Source of the DNA: Actinomycetes bacterium
GTDB lineage: Bacteria; Actinomycetota; CALGFH01
Assembly (NCBI GenBank): GCA_036377075.1
Contig: DASUZB010000143.1
Coordinates: 15,577-79,576 of the forward strand
DNA: 64,000 nucleotides
Direction of reading: 5' to 3'
The position numbers and the translations under genes were made by a program. The notes beneath the pieces were generated by a model. That model was given only the letters and a program-made list of their open reading frames with translations. It was not told the origin of the DNA and ran no database searches. Below, piece after piece: positions 36,081 to 45,876 of the stretch. Numbering within the stretch: the stretch's first letter is position 1; each line of letters opens with the position of its first letter.

Positions 36081-36641
36081 ATGGAGCCAGGTGGGAGGCA
36101 GCCAGCGCCCGGGCGGCTGGCACAGGTTCAGCAGTTCGTGAACACCGTCGACCTCGAGGATCGCACCGACGAGCTCGCCGAGCCCGAGCAGCTGCGGTCC
36201 TGGCTGGCCGAGCGGGAGCTGCTCGACGCCGGGGAGCGCCTCGGCGCGGCCGACGTGCAGCGCGCGGCCGAGGTGCGCGAGGCGCTACGGGCGCTGCTGC
36301 ACGCCAACGCCGGCGAGGCGCTCGACGCGGAGGCGGTGGCGACGCTCAACCGGGCGGCGCGCAACGCCCGCCTGCAGGTGCGCTTCGGCGGCGACGGCCA
36401 CGCCGGCCTCGAGCCCGACGCGGCCGGCGTGGAGCAGGCCCTCGCCCGCCTGCTCGCGATCGTCCACGGCGCCATGGTCGAGGGCACCTGGTCCCGCCTC
36501 AAGGCCTGCCGCAACGACGAGTGCCAGTGGGCCTTCTACGACCACTCCAAGAACCACTCGGGCCGCTGGTGCCGGATGGAGAGCTGCGGCAACGCGATGA
36601 AGGCGCGCGCCTACCGCCGGCGGAGGTCGGCACGCGCCTAG
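36081..36641 (+). CDS. CGNR zinc-finger (ABATE-domain) putative regulator
   Basis: C-terminal CRNDECQWAFYDHSKNHSGRWCRMESCGNAMKARAYRRR. Confidence 0.85.
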   Translation: MEPGGRQPAPGRLAQVQQFVNTVDLEDRTDELAEPEQLRSWLAERELLDAGERLGAADVQRAAEVREALRALLHANAGEALDAEAVATLNRAARNARLQVRFGGDGHAGLEPDAAGVEQALARLLAIVHGAMVEGTWSRLKACRNDECQWAFYDHSKNHSGRWCRMESCGNAMKARAYRRRRSARA

Positions 36642-37237
36642 TCCGGGAGCCGATTCAGAACCGGTGCTGGATGCTCGACGCACCCTGATAGCTCGTGGCG
36701 CGATCGACAACTCTGCCGAGCGAGATTACGTTCCGCATTGCGTAGGGTTTGCCCTCCGTAGATTTCCCGAGAGCCCCTTCAGCAGAACCTTCAGTATTTG
36801 CTCGTCCCCCTCCCGAGCTTCCCGAGCTGCGAGCCGTTTGGCCTCGGAAAACGGCGCTGAGCATGAAAGATCACGAAAAGGTGACGGCAACTCTAAGATT
36901 TGACTACGCTCCGGCCCTGTCGTAGCGTTCGCCGCGAGCACGATCCCCCACGAGCTCATAAGGAGACCCAGCCCCCACTGGGAATCCGGTGGCAGCGCCT
37001 TAACCCCCGAGGTTCTGTCGCCTGGCAGGTCCTGAGGACGGGTCCTGCCATAGCCCCCATACCCCAAGCACCTCCAGCAGTGAGCTCGCGCTGACGTCGA
37101 CGCCGCCGGGCCCGCCGCACGGGACGGTCCGTCGCTCCGCGGTCGTGACGGCGGAGCACCCGACCCCGGGCGCGCGGAGGCCAGCCCGCGACGTGATCGC
37201 GACTAGGTGCCCCCTGCCTGGCGGAGGGTGATCCCCC

Positions 37238-38629
37238 ATGCGCACCAGTCCAAGGCAGCACCCGGGAGCGGGCTTCCCGCCGGGCGCGTCCATGCCGGAC
37301 GTTCCCGACTACGAGGGCCAGCGGCCCTACGCGGAGCCCGTCCCCAACGGCACGCCGCTCGACCAGCAGTACGCAGGCTATGGGATGCCCGAGGTCGACG
37401 ACTCGGCCTACGCACGCGCGCTCTACGGAGACGGCGGCGTGCACGCCGGTCCCGGCACCGGTCTGGGCTACACCGACGCGAGCTGGGCCAGCGCCCCCTA
37501 CGCCGAGCCCTACTACGGTGACCCGGACGCCACCGACCCGGACCTGGCGAGCAGCGCCTACGGCCGCGCCATGTACGGCGACCCCGGCCAGGCGGCGCCG
37601 CCGCTCGAGGACCCGGGGCTCGGTCACGCCGGCACGGGCTACGGCCACGCCACCGACGGGTACGGCTACGGCTACGACCCCGCGACGATGCCCGCCCCCG
37701 GCTACGGCAACCCCGACGCCACCGGCCCGATGGCCGGCGAACGGGACCAGGTCGACCTCGCCTACTACGGGCCAGGTGGCGAGCCCGCCTACGGCTACGC
37801 CCAGCCGCAGGCGGCGCCGGCCTACGGCGCGCCAGCGTACGACCAGGCGGAGGCGTACGCGCCGGCGGGCTACGGCCAGCCCGCCTACGACCCTGGCGAG
37901 CCGGGCCGCTACGACCCCTACGAGGAGGACGCGGAGCCGGACGGCTACACCCTGCCGGTGCACCAGCTGCGCCGCCGCAGCCTCGGCCGGGCCGCCACCC
38001 GCCGCGCCGCCGAGCTGGTCAACGGCGCCAGCATGACCCTCATCGGCGGGGTCGTCGCGGTGGTCATCGGCCTCGGCCTCGCCATCGTCGCCGGCCGCAT
38101 GATGACCACCAGGCAGCTGTTCTTCTCCACCCACGCCACCGCCGGCATCGTCCTGGTCCACGCCTTCGGCGGGGGCCTGAGCACCCTGGTGACGCGCAAG
38201 GAGACCCGCACCAAGGAGCTGGTGCGGAAGTGGTCCACCGTCGCCATGGCCGGAGCGGCCTGGGTCACCATGATCGTCGGGACCTTCTTCGGCTACGCCG
38301 GCTACCGCGCCGTCCCGCGGCCCGGCGTGGTCAACCTCAACGCCTACCCGCAGAAGTTCCTCTGGGCCGACAAGAGCCTGGCGTTCTGGGACACCTTCGG
38401 GATGGAGTGGAAGGTCAACTCCGGCTGGCTGATCCCGTTCCTGACCACCGCCGTCGCCTTCGTGGCCCTGAAGTACAACCGGCAGCTGGTCACGGACCTG
38501 CGGCTGCGCAAGATGCTCACCAACCTGTTCGTGATGGCGTTCGCGATCGCGATCGTCGGCTCGATGCTCGGCTTCATCCTCAACACGGTTGCCCCCAACG
38601 ACTTCATGCACCGGCCATGGCACATCTGA
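37238..38629 (+). CDS. membrane protein: Tyr/Gly/Pro/Asp-rich low-complexity N-terminal half plus a 5-TM C-terminal domain of unknown function
   Basis: GGAGGG RBS and high GC3. TM block from MTLIGGVVAVVIGLGLAIVAG to LFVMAFAIAIVGSMLGFIL. Confidence 0.7.
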   Translation: MRTSPRQHPGAGFPPGASMPDVPDYEGQRPYAEPVPNGTPLDQQYAGYGMPEVDDSAYARALYGDGGVHAGPGTGLGYTDASWASAPYAEPYYGDPDATDPDLASSAYGRAMYGDPGQAAPPLEDPGLGHAGTGYGHATDGYGYGYDPATMPAPGYGNPDATGPMAGERDQVDLAYYGPGGEPAYGYAQPQAAPAYGAPAYDQAEAYAPAGYGQPAYDPGEPGRYDPYEEDAEPDGYTLPVHQLRRRSLGRAATRRAAELVNGASMTLIGGVVAVVIGLGLAIVAGRMMTTRQLFFSTHATAGIVLVHAFGGGLSTLVTRKETRTKELVRKWSTVAMAGAAWVTMIVGTFFGYAGYRAVPRPGVVNLNAYPQKFLWADKSLAFWDTFGMEWKVNSGWLIPFLTTAVAFVALKYNRQLVTDLRLRKMLTNLFVMAFAIAIVGSMLGFILNTVAPNDFMHRPWHI

Positions 38630-38706
38630 CGACCCCCACCGTGCCGGCTGGCGAACCCCGCACCCGCCGTTCTTCGGCCGCTCGCTGCAAGGAAGGTGAC
38701 CGCGCT

Positions 38707-39261
38707 ATGGACGAGCTGATGCGCAGGCGCTTCGAGTCGACCGCGCTACCGTACATGGGCGTCGTCTACGACGCGTCCTACCGGATGACCGGCGACGCCG
38801 CGGACGCGCAGGACATCACCCAGGAGACCTTCCTGCGGGCCTTCCGCTCGTTCCACTCCTTCGAGCCGGGCACCAACCTGCGCGCGTGGCTGCTGCGCAT
38901 CGCCTACAACGTGTCGTGCAACGACTACCGCCGGCGCATGCGCATGCCACGGGTCGACCCGGTGGGCGAGGAGGACGACCTGGTCTCCGAGCTGCCCTCG
39001 AGCGACCCGGGGCCGGAGGAGCAGGCGCTGCGGCTGCTCGACCGGGAGGCGCTGCACCGGGCGCTGGCCCAGCTGCCGGTCCCGTTCAGGGACGCGGTGA
39101 CCCTGGTGGAGATCCACGGGCTGTCCTGCGCCGAGGCCGGCGAGGTCATGGGCACGCCGCGCGGCACCGTCCTCTCTCGCCTGCACCGCGCCCGCGGGCG
39201 CCTGCGCCAGATCCTGGTCATGCAGGCGGCCGAGGCGGGGGAGCACGCCAAGGCGTCGTGA
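38707..39261 (+). CDS. ECF (group IV) sigma-70 factor
   Basis: DAQDITQETFLRAFRSF...NLRAWLLRIAYNVSCNDYRRR (region 2) and FRDAVTLVEIHGLSCAEAGEVMGTPRGTVLSRLHRAR (region 4). Confidence 0.9.
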   Translation: MDELMRRRFESTALPYMGVVYDASYRMTGDAADAQDITQETFLRAFRSFHSFEPGTNLRAWLLRIAYNVSCNDYRRRMRMPRVDPVGEEDDLVSELPSSDPGPEEQALRLLDREALHRALAQLPVPFRDAVTLVEIHGLSCAEAGEVMGTPRGTVLSRLHRARGRLRQILVMQAAEAGEHAKAS

Positions 39262-39612
39262 GGCCGTCCGCCGAGGCGCGTCGTGAGGCTCCGGTCAGGA
39301 ATCGCCGGCCGCCCTGGAAGGTTTCTCTATCGAGTGGCGACAGTTCCCCTCGCGACACAGCCGCACCGAGAGGTGATGACGACAGCGACAATTTGACCCA
39401 TCGACTCCCCCCACGTATGGTCATGAGGCCATCCCCCAGTGGCCTCGAAACCCCCGGTGCAGCCTCGGCCATTTCCCCCCCAAAATGGTCGCTCGGGCTG
39501 GTACGTGACCGTCGCGTGTACGCATCGGCGTATTCGCCGCGCCCCGGCAGCAACCGCCAGGCGGCCCGGCTCGCGGCCGGTCCGTCAGCCCCCGATCGGA
39601 AAGGGTCGTCCC

Positions 39613-40509
39613 GTGGTGAAGAAGCTCATCCTGGCGACGCTCGTCGCGGCCGCCGCGGCGATCCTGGTCGCATCGGTCGCGCCGACGCGCTACGGCGACG
39701 GCTCCAAGGCCAAGCAGTCGAGCGCGCCGCAGGCGGGCTACGCCGCGCCCCAGGCACAGCCGCAGAAGCAGAGCGCCTACAGCGGCAGCGGCAACGTGAT
39801 CCAGGCGCAGCAGGCGCCCGCCGCGCAGCAGCAGGGCACCGCGTACGGCCAGTCGGGCCAGGCCGGCGTGTACGGCCAGTCGGGTGGGCAGTCGGGCGCC
39901 GGGGCCTACGGGTCCAGCGGGACGAGCGCCTCCAGCGGGTCGGCGGGCGCGAGCCAGGCCGTCGCGTCGGGGAAGAAGATCAAGCTGGTCACCTCGCTGA
40001 CCGGTGGCGAGGAGGTGCCGGGCCCGGCCGACAAGGCCGGCACCGGCCAGTCGTGGGTCACCGTCGACGGTAGCAAGGTCTGCTGGAAGGTCACCTGGAG
40101 CGGCCTGAGCAGCAGCCCGGCGATCAGCTCGCACATCCACTTCGGCGCCAAGGGCGTTGCCGGCAACATCGTGGTGCCGTTCTTCGGTGACGCCCGCAAG
40201 GCCAGCGGCAAGGGCGTCGACCAGAGCTGCACCACCGTCCAGGACGTGGCCGTGCTCAACGGCCTGCGGACCAACCCCCAGAACTACTACGTCAACGTCC
40301 ACACCAAGCAGTTCCCCAAGGGCGCGATCCGCGGCCAGCTCGCGCTCGACAACGGCAACGGTCGCCTCGCGCTGACGGGCGGCAGCAGGACCCCGACGCT
40401 GCTCGGCTTCGGGCTCGGCGTGGCGGCGACCGGCCTCGCGCTGCTGACGATGTTCCGCTACCGGCCGCGCCGGCTGGCGGTCGGCGGCGCGCACGCCCGC
40501 CGTCGCTGA
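39613..40509 (+). CDS. CHRD-domain surface protein with an LAxTG (class E sortase) sorting signal
   Basis: Signal peptide. CHRD motifs (LTGGEEVP...HIHFGAKGVAGNIVVPF...YYVNVHTKQFPKGAIRGQL). C-terminal LALTG plus a hydrophobic stretch and an RRR tail. Confidence 0.8.
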   Translation: MVKKLILATLVAAAAAILVASVAPTRYGDGSKAKQSSAPQAGYAAPQAQPQKQSAYSGSGNVIQAQQAPAAQQQGTAYGQSGQAGVYGQSGGQSGAGAYGSSGTSASSGSAGASQAVASGKKIKLVTSLTGGEEVPGPADKAGTGQSWVTVDGSKVCWKVTWSGLSSSPAISSHIHFGAKGVAGNIVVPFFGDARKASGKGVDQSCTTVQDVAVLNGLRTNPQNYYVNVHTKQFPKGAIRGQLALDNGNGRLALTGGSRTPTLLGFGLGVAATGLALLTMFRYRPRRLAVGGAHARRR

Positions 40510-40527
40510 CACCCGCACTGGCGCACC

Positions 40528-40552
40528 GGGCCGGCGTCGCTGACGCCGGCCC
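40528..40552 (+). terminator. perfect 11-bp stem / 3-nt loop hairpin after the CHRD gene
   Basis: GGGCCGGCGTC-GCT-GACGCCGGCCC, 19 nt after the stop. Confidence 0.6.
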
Positions 40553-40686
40553 GCTCCCTTGCTCGGGTAATGCCGGTAGTTTTGGGGAAGCCGTACGCTT
40601 GAGCTCCCACCGGAGATCCGCCACAGTGTCGCGGGCGAGAATCCCTTGCCAACCCCCGATCCAGGCCGCGAGAATTCCATGCTCGA

Positions 40687-42825
40687 ATGACCTCCAAGGA
40701 TCCCTGGGAAGACCCTGCCGACGCCTGGGCCGAGCTCCTCGACCCCTGGGCCGGCCGGCGACCCCCGCCGCCGCCACCACCCGCCGGCCGTGGCCCCGCC
40801 AGGCGGGCGCCGCGCCGCCCGCCGCCACCACCTGATGCCCCGCCGGGCGAATGGGTAGGCGCATGGCCTGGCCTGCCCGGCACACGCCCGCCGCAGGGCG
40901 GAGCGCCGTTCCCGCCGGACGTCGGCCTCCCGCGCGTCCCCCGCGGCGCGCCCTCCGACGGCCTCGCACCGCCGCCCGCGGCGTGGGACCGTCCGCCGTG
41001 GGAACCCGTGCCACGCAACGGGACCAGGCCGGCAGCGCCTTGGGGCACGGGTGCGCCGGACCCGCTGGCGCTGCGGCCGTCGGGCGGCCCACCGCCCAAC
41101 GGCCAGCCGGGCGGGCGGCGGCTCTCCGGCCGGCCGCTGCCGCCGGTGCCGCGCCAGTCCCGGCTCCTGGCGCTGCTGTTCCGCTACCGGCCGAGCAGCC
41201 ACGCCCAGGCGCTGACCACCGGGCTCCTGGTCGGCGTGGCGTGGTGGTTCGCCGTCGCGCTCACGCTGGTCCCGCTGCTGGCCGGCCGGGCGCCGTCGTG
41301 GAGCGTCGCCGCCGTCGGCGACCGGCTCCCCAGCCTGCTCGTGGTCGTGCTGCTCAGCTCCCTGACCGGGCTGCTGTTCCAGGAGGCGGCCGTGCGCCAC
41401 CTCGGCGGCGAGCAGAGCTCACGGCCTGGTGCAACATCGGACCCGGCCGAGCCGCGGATCCGGGTCGTGGTCCTCGGCGGGGGCTTCGGCGGGGTCGCCG
41501 TCGCCCAGCGGCTCGAGCGGTTGCTGCCGCGCGTCCCGAGCATGGACGTCACCATCGTCAGCCAGAGCAACGCCCTGCTGTTCACGCCGATGCTGGCCGA
41601 GGTCGCCTCCAGGTCGCTCGAGCCGAACCACGTCGGCGTGCCGGTGCGGGCGGCCTGCCCGCGCACCAGGTTCCGGCTGGCTGAGGTCGACCGCATCGAC
41701 ACCGGCGAGCAGCTGGTCCACGTGCGCGCCAGCGGCGCAACCACCACCGAGGCGCTGCCCTACGACCACCTGGTGCTCGCCCTCGGCGCGGTGCCGAACT
41801 ACCTCGACCTGCCCGGGGTGCGCGCCAACTCCGTGCCGCTGAAGACCATCGGCGACGCCATCACCCTGCGCAACCACGTGATCGCCCGGCTCGAGCAGGC
41901 CGACGTGGCGCAGGACCCGCTCGAGCGCAGGCGCCAGCTCACCTTCGTGGTCGCCGGCGGCGGCTTCGCCGGCGTCGAGATCATGGCCGGCCTCTGCGAC
42001 CTGGTCCGCGGCGTGCGCCGCTACTTCCCCAACGTGGTCGACGAGGCGCAGTTCGTGCTCGTCCACGGCCGCGACCGCATCCTCCCGGAGACCGAGCCGG
42101 AGCTCGGCGACTACGCCCTGCGCAAGCTGCGCCACCGCGGCGTCCACTGCCTGCTGGACACGCGCGTCGCCAGCGCCACCGCCGACGCGGTCGCGCTCAG
42201 CGACGGCAGCCAGCTCCCCACCAGGACGCTCGTCTGGGCGGCCGGCAACCACCCCAGCCGCGTCATCGCCGCCCTGCCGTTCGAGCACGACGCCGCCGGC
42301 GCGGTGGTCGCCGACGCGAGCCTGCGGGTCGCCGGCACCGGCAACGTCTGGGCGGTGGGGGACTGCGCGGAGATCCCCGACGCCGCCGGCGGCGGCCGTC
42401 CCTGCCCGCCCACCGCCCAGCACGCCGTGCGCCAGGCCAAGGCGCTGGCCGACAACCTCGTCAGGGTCCTCGAAGGCCGCCGGCCGAAGCCGTTCAGCTT
42501 CAGGACGATCGGCTTCCTCGCCACCGTCGGCCACCACAGCGCCGTGGCCGACGTCAGGGGCTTCTGCTTCTCCGGCGTCCTCGCCTGGCTGATGTGGCGC
42601 GGCATCTACCTCAGCAAGCTGCCAGGCGTCGAGCGGCGCCTGCGGGTCCTGCTCGACTGGGCGGTCGAACCGTTCTTCGGCCGCGACATCGCCCTCACCA
42701 CGCCCGACCCGCCGCCGTCCCTCGGCCGGGGGGTTCGGGGGGCTCCGCCCCCCGACGGATCAAGCCTGCCGGCGAGCGGCGACGCCCGCCGCAGCCGCGG
42801 TCAACGCCTCCCGAACAGCTGGTAG
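40687..42825 (+). CDS. ndh: type II NADH dehydrogenase (NDH-2, FAD pyridine-nucleotide-disulfide oxidoreductase) with an N-terminal extension of about 250 aa (Pro/Trp-rich plus 2 TM segments)
   Basis: RIRVVVLGGGFGGV Rossmann motif from about codon 260. Second motif FVVAGGGFAGVE. WAVGDCA. The upstream part is in the same frame with no stop and has high GC3. Confidence 0.8.
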   Translation: MTSKDPWEDPADAWAELLDPWAGRRPPPPPPPAGRGPARRAPRRPPPPPDAPPGEWVGAWPGLPGTRPPQGGAPFPPDVGLPRVPRGAPSDGLAPPPAAWDRPPWEPVPRNGTRPAAPWGTGAPDPLALRPSGGPPPNGQPGGRRLSGRPLPPVPRQSRLLALLFRYRPSSHAQALTTGLLVGVAWWFAVALTLVPLLAGRAPSWSVAAVGDRLPSLLVVVLLSSLTGLLFQEAAVRHLGGEQSSRPGATSDPAEPRIRVVVLGGGFGGVAVAQRLERLLPRVPSMDVTIVSQSNALLFTPMLAEVASRSLEPNHVGVPVRAACPRTRFRLAEVDRIDTGEQLVHVRASGATTTEALPYDHLVLALGAVPNYLDLPGVRANSVPLKTIGDAITLRNHVIARLEQADVAQDPLERRRQLTFVVAGGGFAGVEIMAGLCDLVRGVRRYFPNVVDEAQFVLVHGRDRILPETEPELGDYALRKLRHRGVHCLLDTRVASATADAVALSDGSQLPTRTLVWAAGNHPSRVIAALPFEHDAAGAVVADASLRVAGTGNVWAVGDCAEIPDAAGGGRPCPPTAQHAVRQAKALADNLVRVLEGRRPKPFSFRTIGFLATVGHHSAVADVRGFCFSGVLAWLMWRGIYLSKLPGVERRLRVLLDWAVEPFFGRDIALTTPDPPPSLGRGVRGAPPPDGSSLPASGDARRSRGQRLPNSW

Positions 42826-43340
42826 ACCGGGGGGAAGGTGCCGATGATGCCGAGGGCGACCAGCAGGATGGTGATCATGAAGGCCTTGTACAGGTCGACC
42901 TGCTTGTCGCGCAGGCGGTAGTGGAGGTTGGGCCAGGCCACCAGGTAGATCACGCTGCTCACGATCGCCTTGCCGCTGAGCGGGCCGGTCGGCGTGTAGA
43001 AGGTGAGCCACTGGCTCACCTGCGGGCTGGCGGCGGCCGCGACCACCAGGACGCCGAGCGCCGCGCAGCCGATCCCCGCGGCGATGACGGCGGCGGCGAT
43101 GCCCCCGTTCGGCTCCGGCCGCTCGTCGAGCGCCTCGCCGTCCACCTCCGGGTCGGCCTCGTCCACCTCCATCTCGTCGTAGGGCGGGTCCATGGTGTCG
43201 TAGGGGGCGTCCATGGGGCCGTAGCCCGGTTCCTCCGGGGCGTAGCCGAGCTCCTCGTAGCCGGGCTGTGGGGGGCCGTACGGCTGCCTCCGGGGCATGG
43301 GGTCCCAGGCGGGCGGCTCGCTCGGGCGGTACGTGCTCAT
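42801..43340 (-). CDS. membrane protein (acidic Pro/Tyr-rich N-terminus, 3 TM segments)
   Basis: AAGGAG RBS. Last gene of the copCD-lipoprotein co-directional set. Confidence 0.6.
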   Translation of the reverse strand: MSTYRPSEPPAWDPMPRRQPYGPPQPGYEELGYAPEEPGYGPMDAPYDTMDPPYDEMEVDEADPEVDGEALDERPEPNGGIAAAVIAAGIGCAALGVLVVAAAASPQVSQWLTFYTPTGPLSGKAIVSSVIYLVAWPNLHYRLRDKQVDLYKAFMITILLVALGIIGTFPPVYQLFGRR

Positions 43341-43367
43341 CGGGCGTGGTCTCCTTGGGGGTGGCGG

Positions 43368-43970
43368 CTAGGGCAGTGAGCGGAACGGGATGCGCAGCAG
43401 GTCCTTCTGGGGCGCGGCCTTCGGCCAGATGGTCAGGACGAGGTCGCCGGCGCCGTCGCTCGGACGCGAGACCAGCGCCTGGAGCTGCTTGTGCTGGCCG
43501 CCGCGGAGCACGGTCCTGTCGCTGGTCGAGACGATCGTGCTGCAGGCGACGCCGCTCTTGTCGGTGCTGGTGAAGGTCGCCGCCCGGTCCCTGACGGCGA
43601 CGCGCGGCAGGCGCACCTTCTTGCTCTTGGCCGCCTCGCTGGTGAAGGTCAGCGTCAGGGCGTGGGTGTAAGTGTTGGCGGGGGACAGCTCGGCGCAGAT
43701 GCCCGGGTCCCCCCTTACCGGGCCGATGTCGATCTCGATGGCGAAGCGGTTGCCGTCGGCGTCCTTGTAGTGCTTCTCCAGCTGCATGGTCCGCACCGGC
43801 GCCTCCGCCGGCTGGACGCGGCGAGCCGCCAGCGCCGAGGCGGCGTGCCCGCCGCCGCCGCAGCCCGCGAGCAGGATGGCCGCCAGCGGCACGGCGGTCG
43901 CCGCCACGACCGCGCCAGCGCGCCCGTGCGGCAGGCTCCCGGCAGCCCTGAACAGTCCCGTGATGCCCAT
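43368..43970 (-). CDS. hypothetical lipoprotein
   Basis: Lipobox LLAGC. Only the last 603 nt of the 1001-aa ORF look coding. It starts 14 nt after the copCD stop. Confidence 0.6.
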   Translation of the reverse strand: MGITGLFRAAGSLPHGRAGAVVAATAVPLAAILLAGCGGGGHAASALAARRVQPAEAPVRTMQLEKHYKDADGNRFAIEIDIGPVRGDPGICAELSPANTYTHALTLTFTSEAAKSKKVRLPRVAVRDRAATFTSTDKSGVACSTIVSTSDRTVLRGGQHKQLQALVSRPSDGAGDLVLTIWPKAAPQKDLLRIPFRSLP

Positions 43971-43984
43971 CGCGATTACCCCAT

Positions 43985-45802
43985 TCAACGGATCGACAAG
44001 GTGGTGACCTGGGTTTCGTCGAGGTCCCCGTGGCGGATGGTGAGCGCGAGCTGCCACCAGCCCGGGGAGGGGATGCGGACGGTGCCGCCGTAGCGGCCCT
44101 GGCCGGTCTTGGCGAGGGTGACGCCGAGCCGGGTGCCGCCCCTGGCGGGGTCGCGCAGCTCGGCCTCGAGCCGGTCGACCGCGGCGGGCTGGCCGCGCTG
44201 GTCGAGCACGGCGAGGTCGACCTGGTCGATGCCGACCCGCGCCGGCGCGACCTCCACCGTGACCGTCCCCGTGGTGGTCGCGAGCGAGGTCGAGAACGGT
44301 CCGTCCTGGGCGGCGCGGGAACTCGCGGCGCTGGCGGCGGGGTCGGTGTTGACCAGCACCGAGGTGAGGACGAGCACGACGGCCGCGATCGCCACCTCCG
44401 CGCCGACCGAGCGCCGCAGGCGGGCGACGGCGGCCACGTCGGGGTCGAGGCGCGCCGCGCCGGGACCTGCCGGCCGGGCGACCAGAGGGCTCGTGGCCAC
44501 CAGGCGGTCCTGGACCAGCCGGCGGCTGAGCGCGCCGAAGCCGACCAGGACGATGGCCACGGCGACCTTGGCGAGCAGCAGCCGGCCGTAGGTCGTCGAG
44601 GTCAGCGCGCTCGGGTGGCCCACCTGGCGCCAGGCCTGGTACACGCCGCTGATCACGATCACCACCACGGCGTCGTAGGCCAGCTCGGAGAAGCGCGGCA
44701 CCACCTCGCGGAGCTCGGCCGGGTCGCGCCGCGGCAGCACCGCGGCGACGAGCACGACCAGGCCGCCGAGCCAGACCGAGACGGCGGCGAGGTGCATCAG
44801 GTCGGCGGCGACCCCGAGGGGGACGAGCTTGCCGTTGCCGGCGTGGCCGGCGAGGCCGGGGGTGACGAGCAGGCCGGCGCCGAGCAGGCCCGCCACGGGG
44901 ACGAACCAGCGCGTGGCGCCCGGCCGTACCAGCTCCGGGTGGCGCGAGACGACCAGGAGCAGCGGCATGGCGGCGGAGAGGATGCCAAGGCGCGCGAGCG
45001 ACACGCGGCCGTAGCGGGTGCCAAGGACCTCCCCGACGAGCTCGGTGTCGAGCACGTCGAGCAGCGGCGATCCGGTGGCGACGACGCCCTGCAGGGGGAG
45101 CGCAACGACGGTGGCGACCACGGCAGCGGTCCACGAGCCGGCCAGCAGCTGCCGTACCCGCGCCGCGCCGGCGCCCTGCGGCCAGAGGGCGACCAGGAAG
45201 GCGAGCCCGCCGGCCAGCAGCACCAGCGACGCGAACAGGGTGAACCTGGTGGCGGCGAGCAGCACGGCGGCGACGCGGCCGCTGCCGTCGCCGGCCGCGG
45301 CACCCGCGGACAGCCAGCCCTCGCCGCCGGCGCCGCGCACGATGAAGCTGATCGAGTCGCTGAGCTGGTGGCCGTCGGCGCTGGTGACCCGCCAGGTGGC
45401 GGTGTAGGCGCCGCTGAGGTCGCGGCGCAGCGGCAGGCGCACGATGCGCCCGTCGCCGCCGGGGTGGTCGGGCCGGCCGCGGTCGACCCGCCGGCCGCCG
45501 GCGTCGGTCACCTGAACGCCGCCGAGGGCGACCTCGACCGGCCCGTCGAACTGCAGCAGCAGCGCCCTCGGCGGCTGCTGCAGGATCGCCCCGTCCTGCG
45601 GCTGGGTGGCGACCACGGTGGCGTGCGCCTCGAGCCGCGGCGCGAGCAGCGTCACGGCGGCGAGCACGAGCGCGAGCACGATCAGCGCATCGAGCAGCAG
45701 GCGGCGAGGTGGCCGGCCGACGCTGCCGGGCAGCGGACGGCCGCGCGCCAGGCGCGCGAGGCGCCGACGCGGCGTGCCGAGCTGCTGCAGCGAGCCAGCC
45801 AT
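43985..45802 (-). CDS. copper resistance CopC-CopD fusion protein (YcnJ-like)
   Basis: The CopC start HATVVATQPQDGAIL follows the signal/TM segment. A multi-TM CopD region and a C-terminal beta-domain follow. Start is ATG 45802 or TTG 45823. Confidence 0.8.
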   Translation of the reverse strand: MAGSLQQLGTPRRRLARLARGRPLPGSVGRPPRRLLLDALIVLALVLAAVTLLAPRLEAHATVVATQPQDGAILQQPPRALLLQFDGPVEVALGGVQVTDAGGRRVDRGRPDHPGGDGRIVRLPLRRDLSGAYTATWRVTSADGHQLSDSISFIVRGAGGEGWLSAGAAAGDGSGRVAAVLLAATRFTLFASLVLLAGGLAFLVALWPQGAGAARVRQLLAGSWTAAVVATVVALPLQGVVATGSPLLDVLDTELVGEVLGTRYGRVSLARLGILSAAMPLLLVVSRHPELVRPGATRWFVPVAGLLGAGLLVTPGLAGHAGNGKLVPLGVAADLMHLAAVSVWLGGLVVLVAAVLPRRDPAELREVVPRFSELAYDAVVVIVISGVYQAWRQVGHPSALTSTTYGRLLLAKVAVAIVLVGFGALSRRLVQDRLVATSPLVARPAGPGAARLDPDVAAVARLRRSVGAEVAIAAVVLVLTSVLVNTDPAASAASSRAAQDGPFSTSLATTTGTVTVEVAPARVGIDQVDLAVLDQRGQPAAVDRLEAELRDPARGGTRLGVTLAKTGQGRYGGTVRIPSPGWWQLALTIRHGDLDETQVTTLSIR

Positions 45803-45876
45803 CCAGTTGACGACTTCGCGCAAAGGGCCTGGTCTCCCCTTGATGGGGCGGGCGTGGGGGCGCCCGGGGGAGGGTG

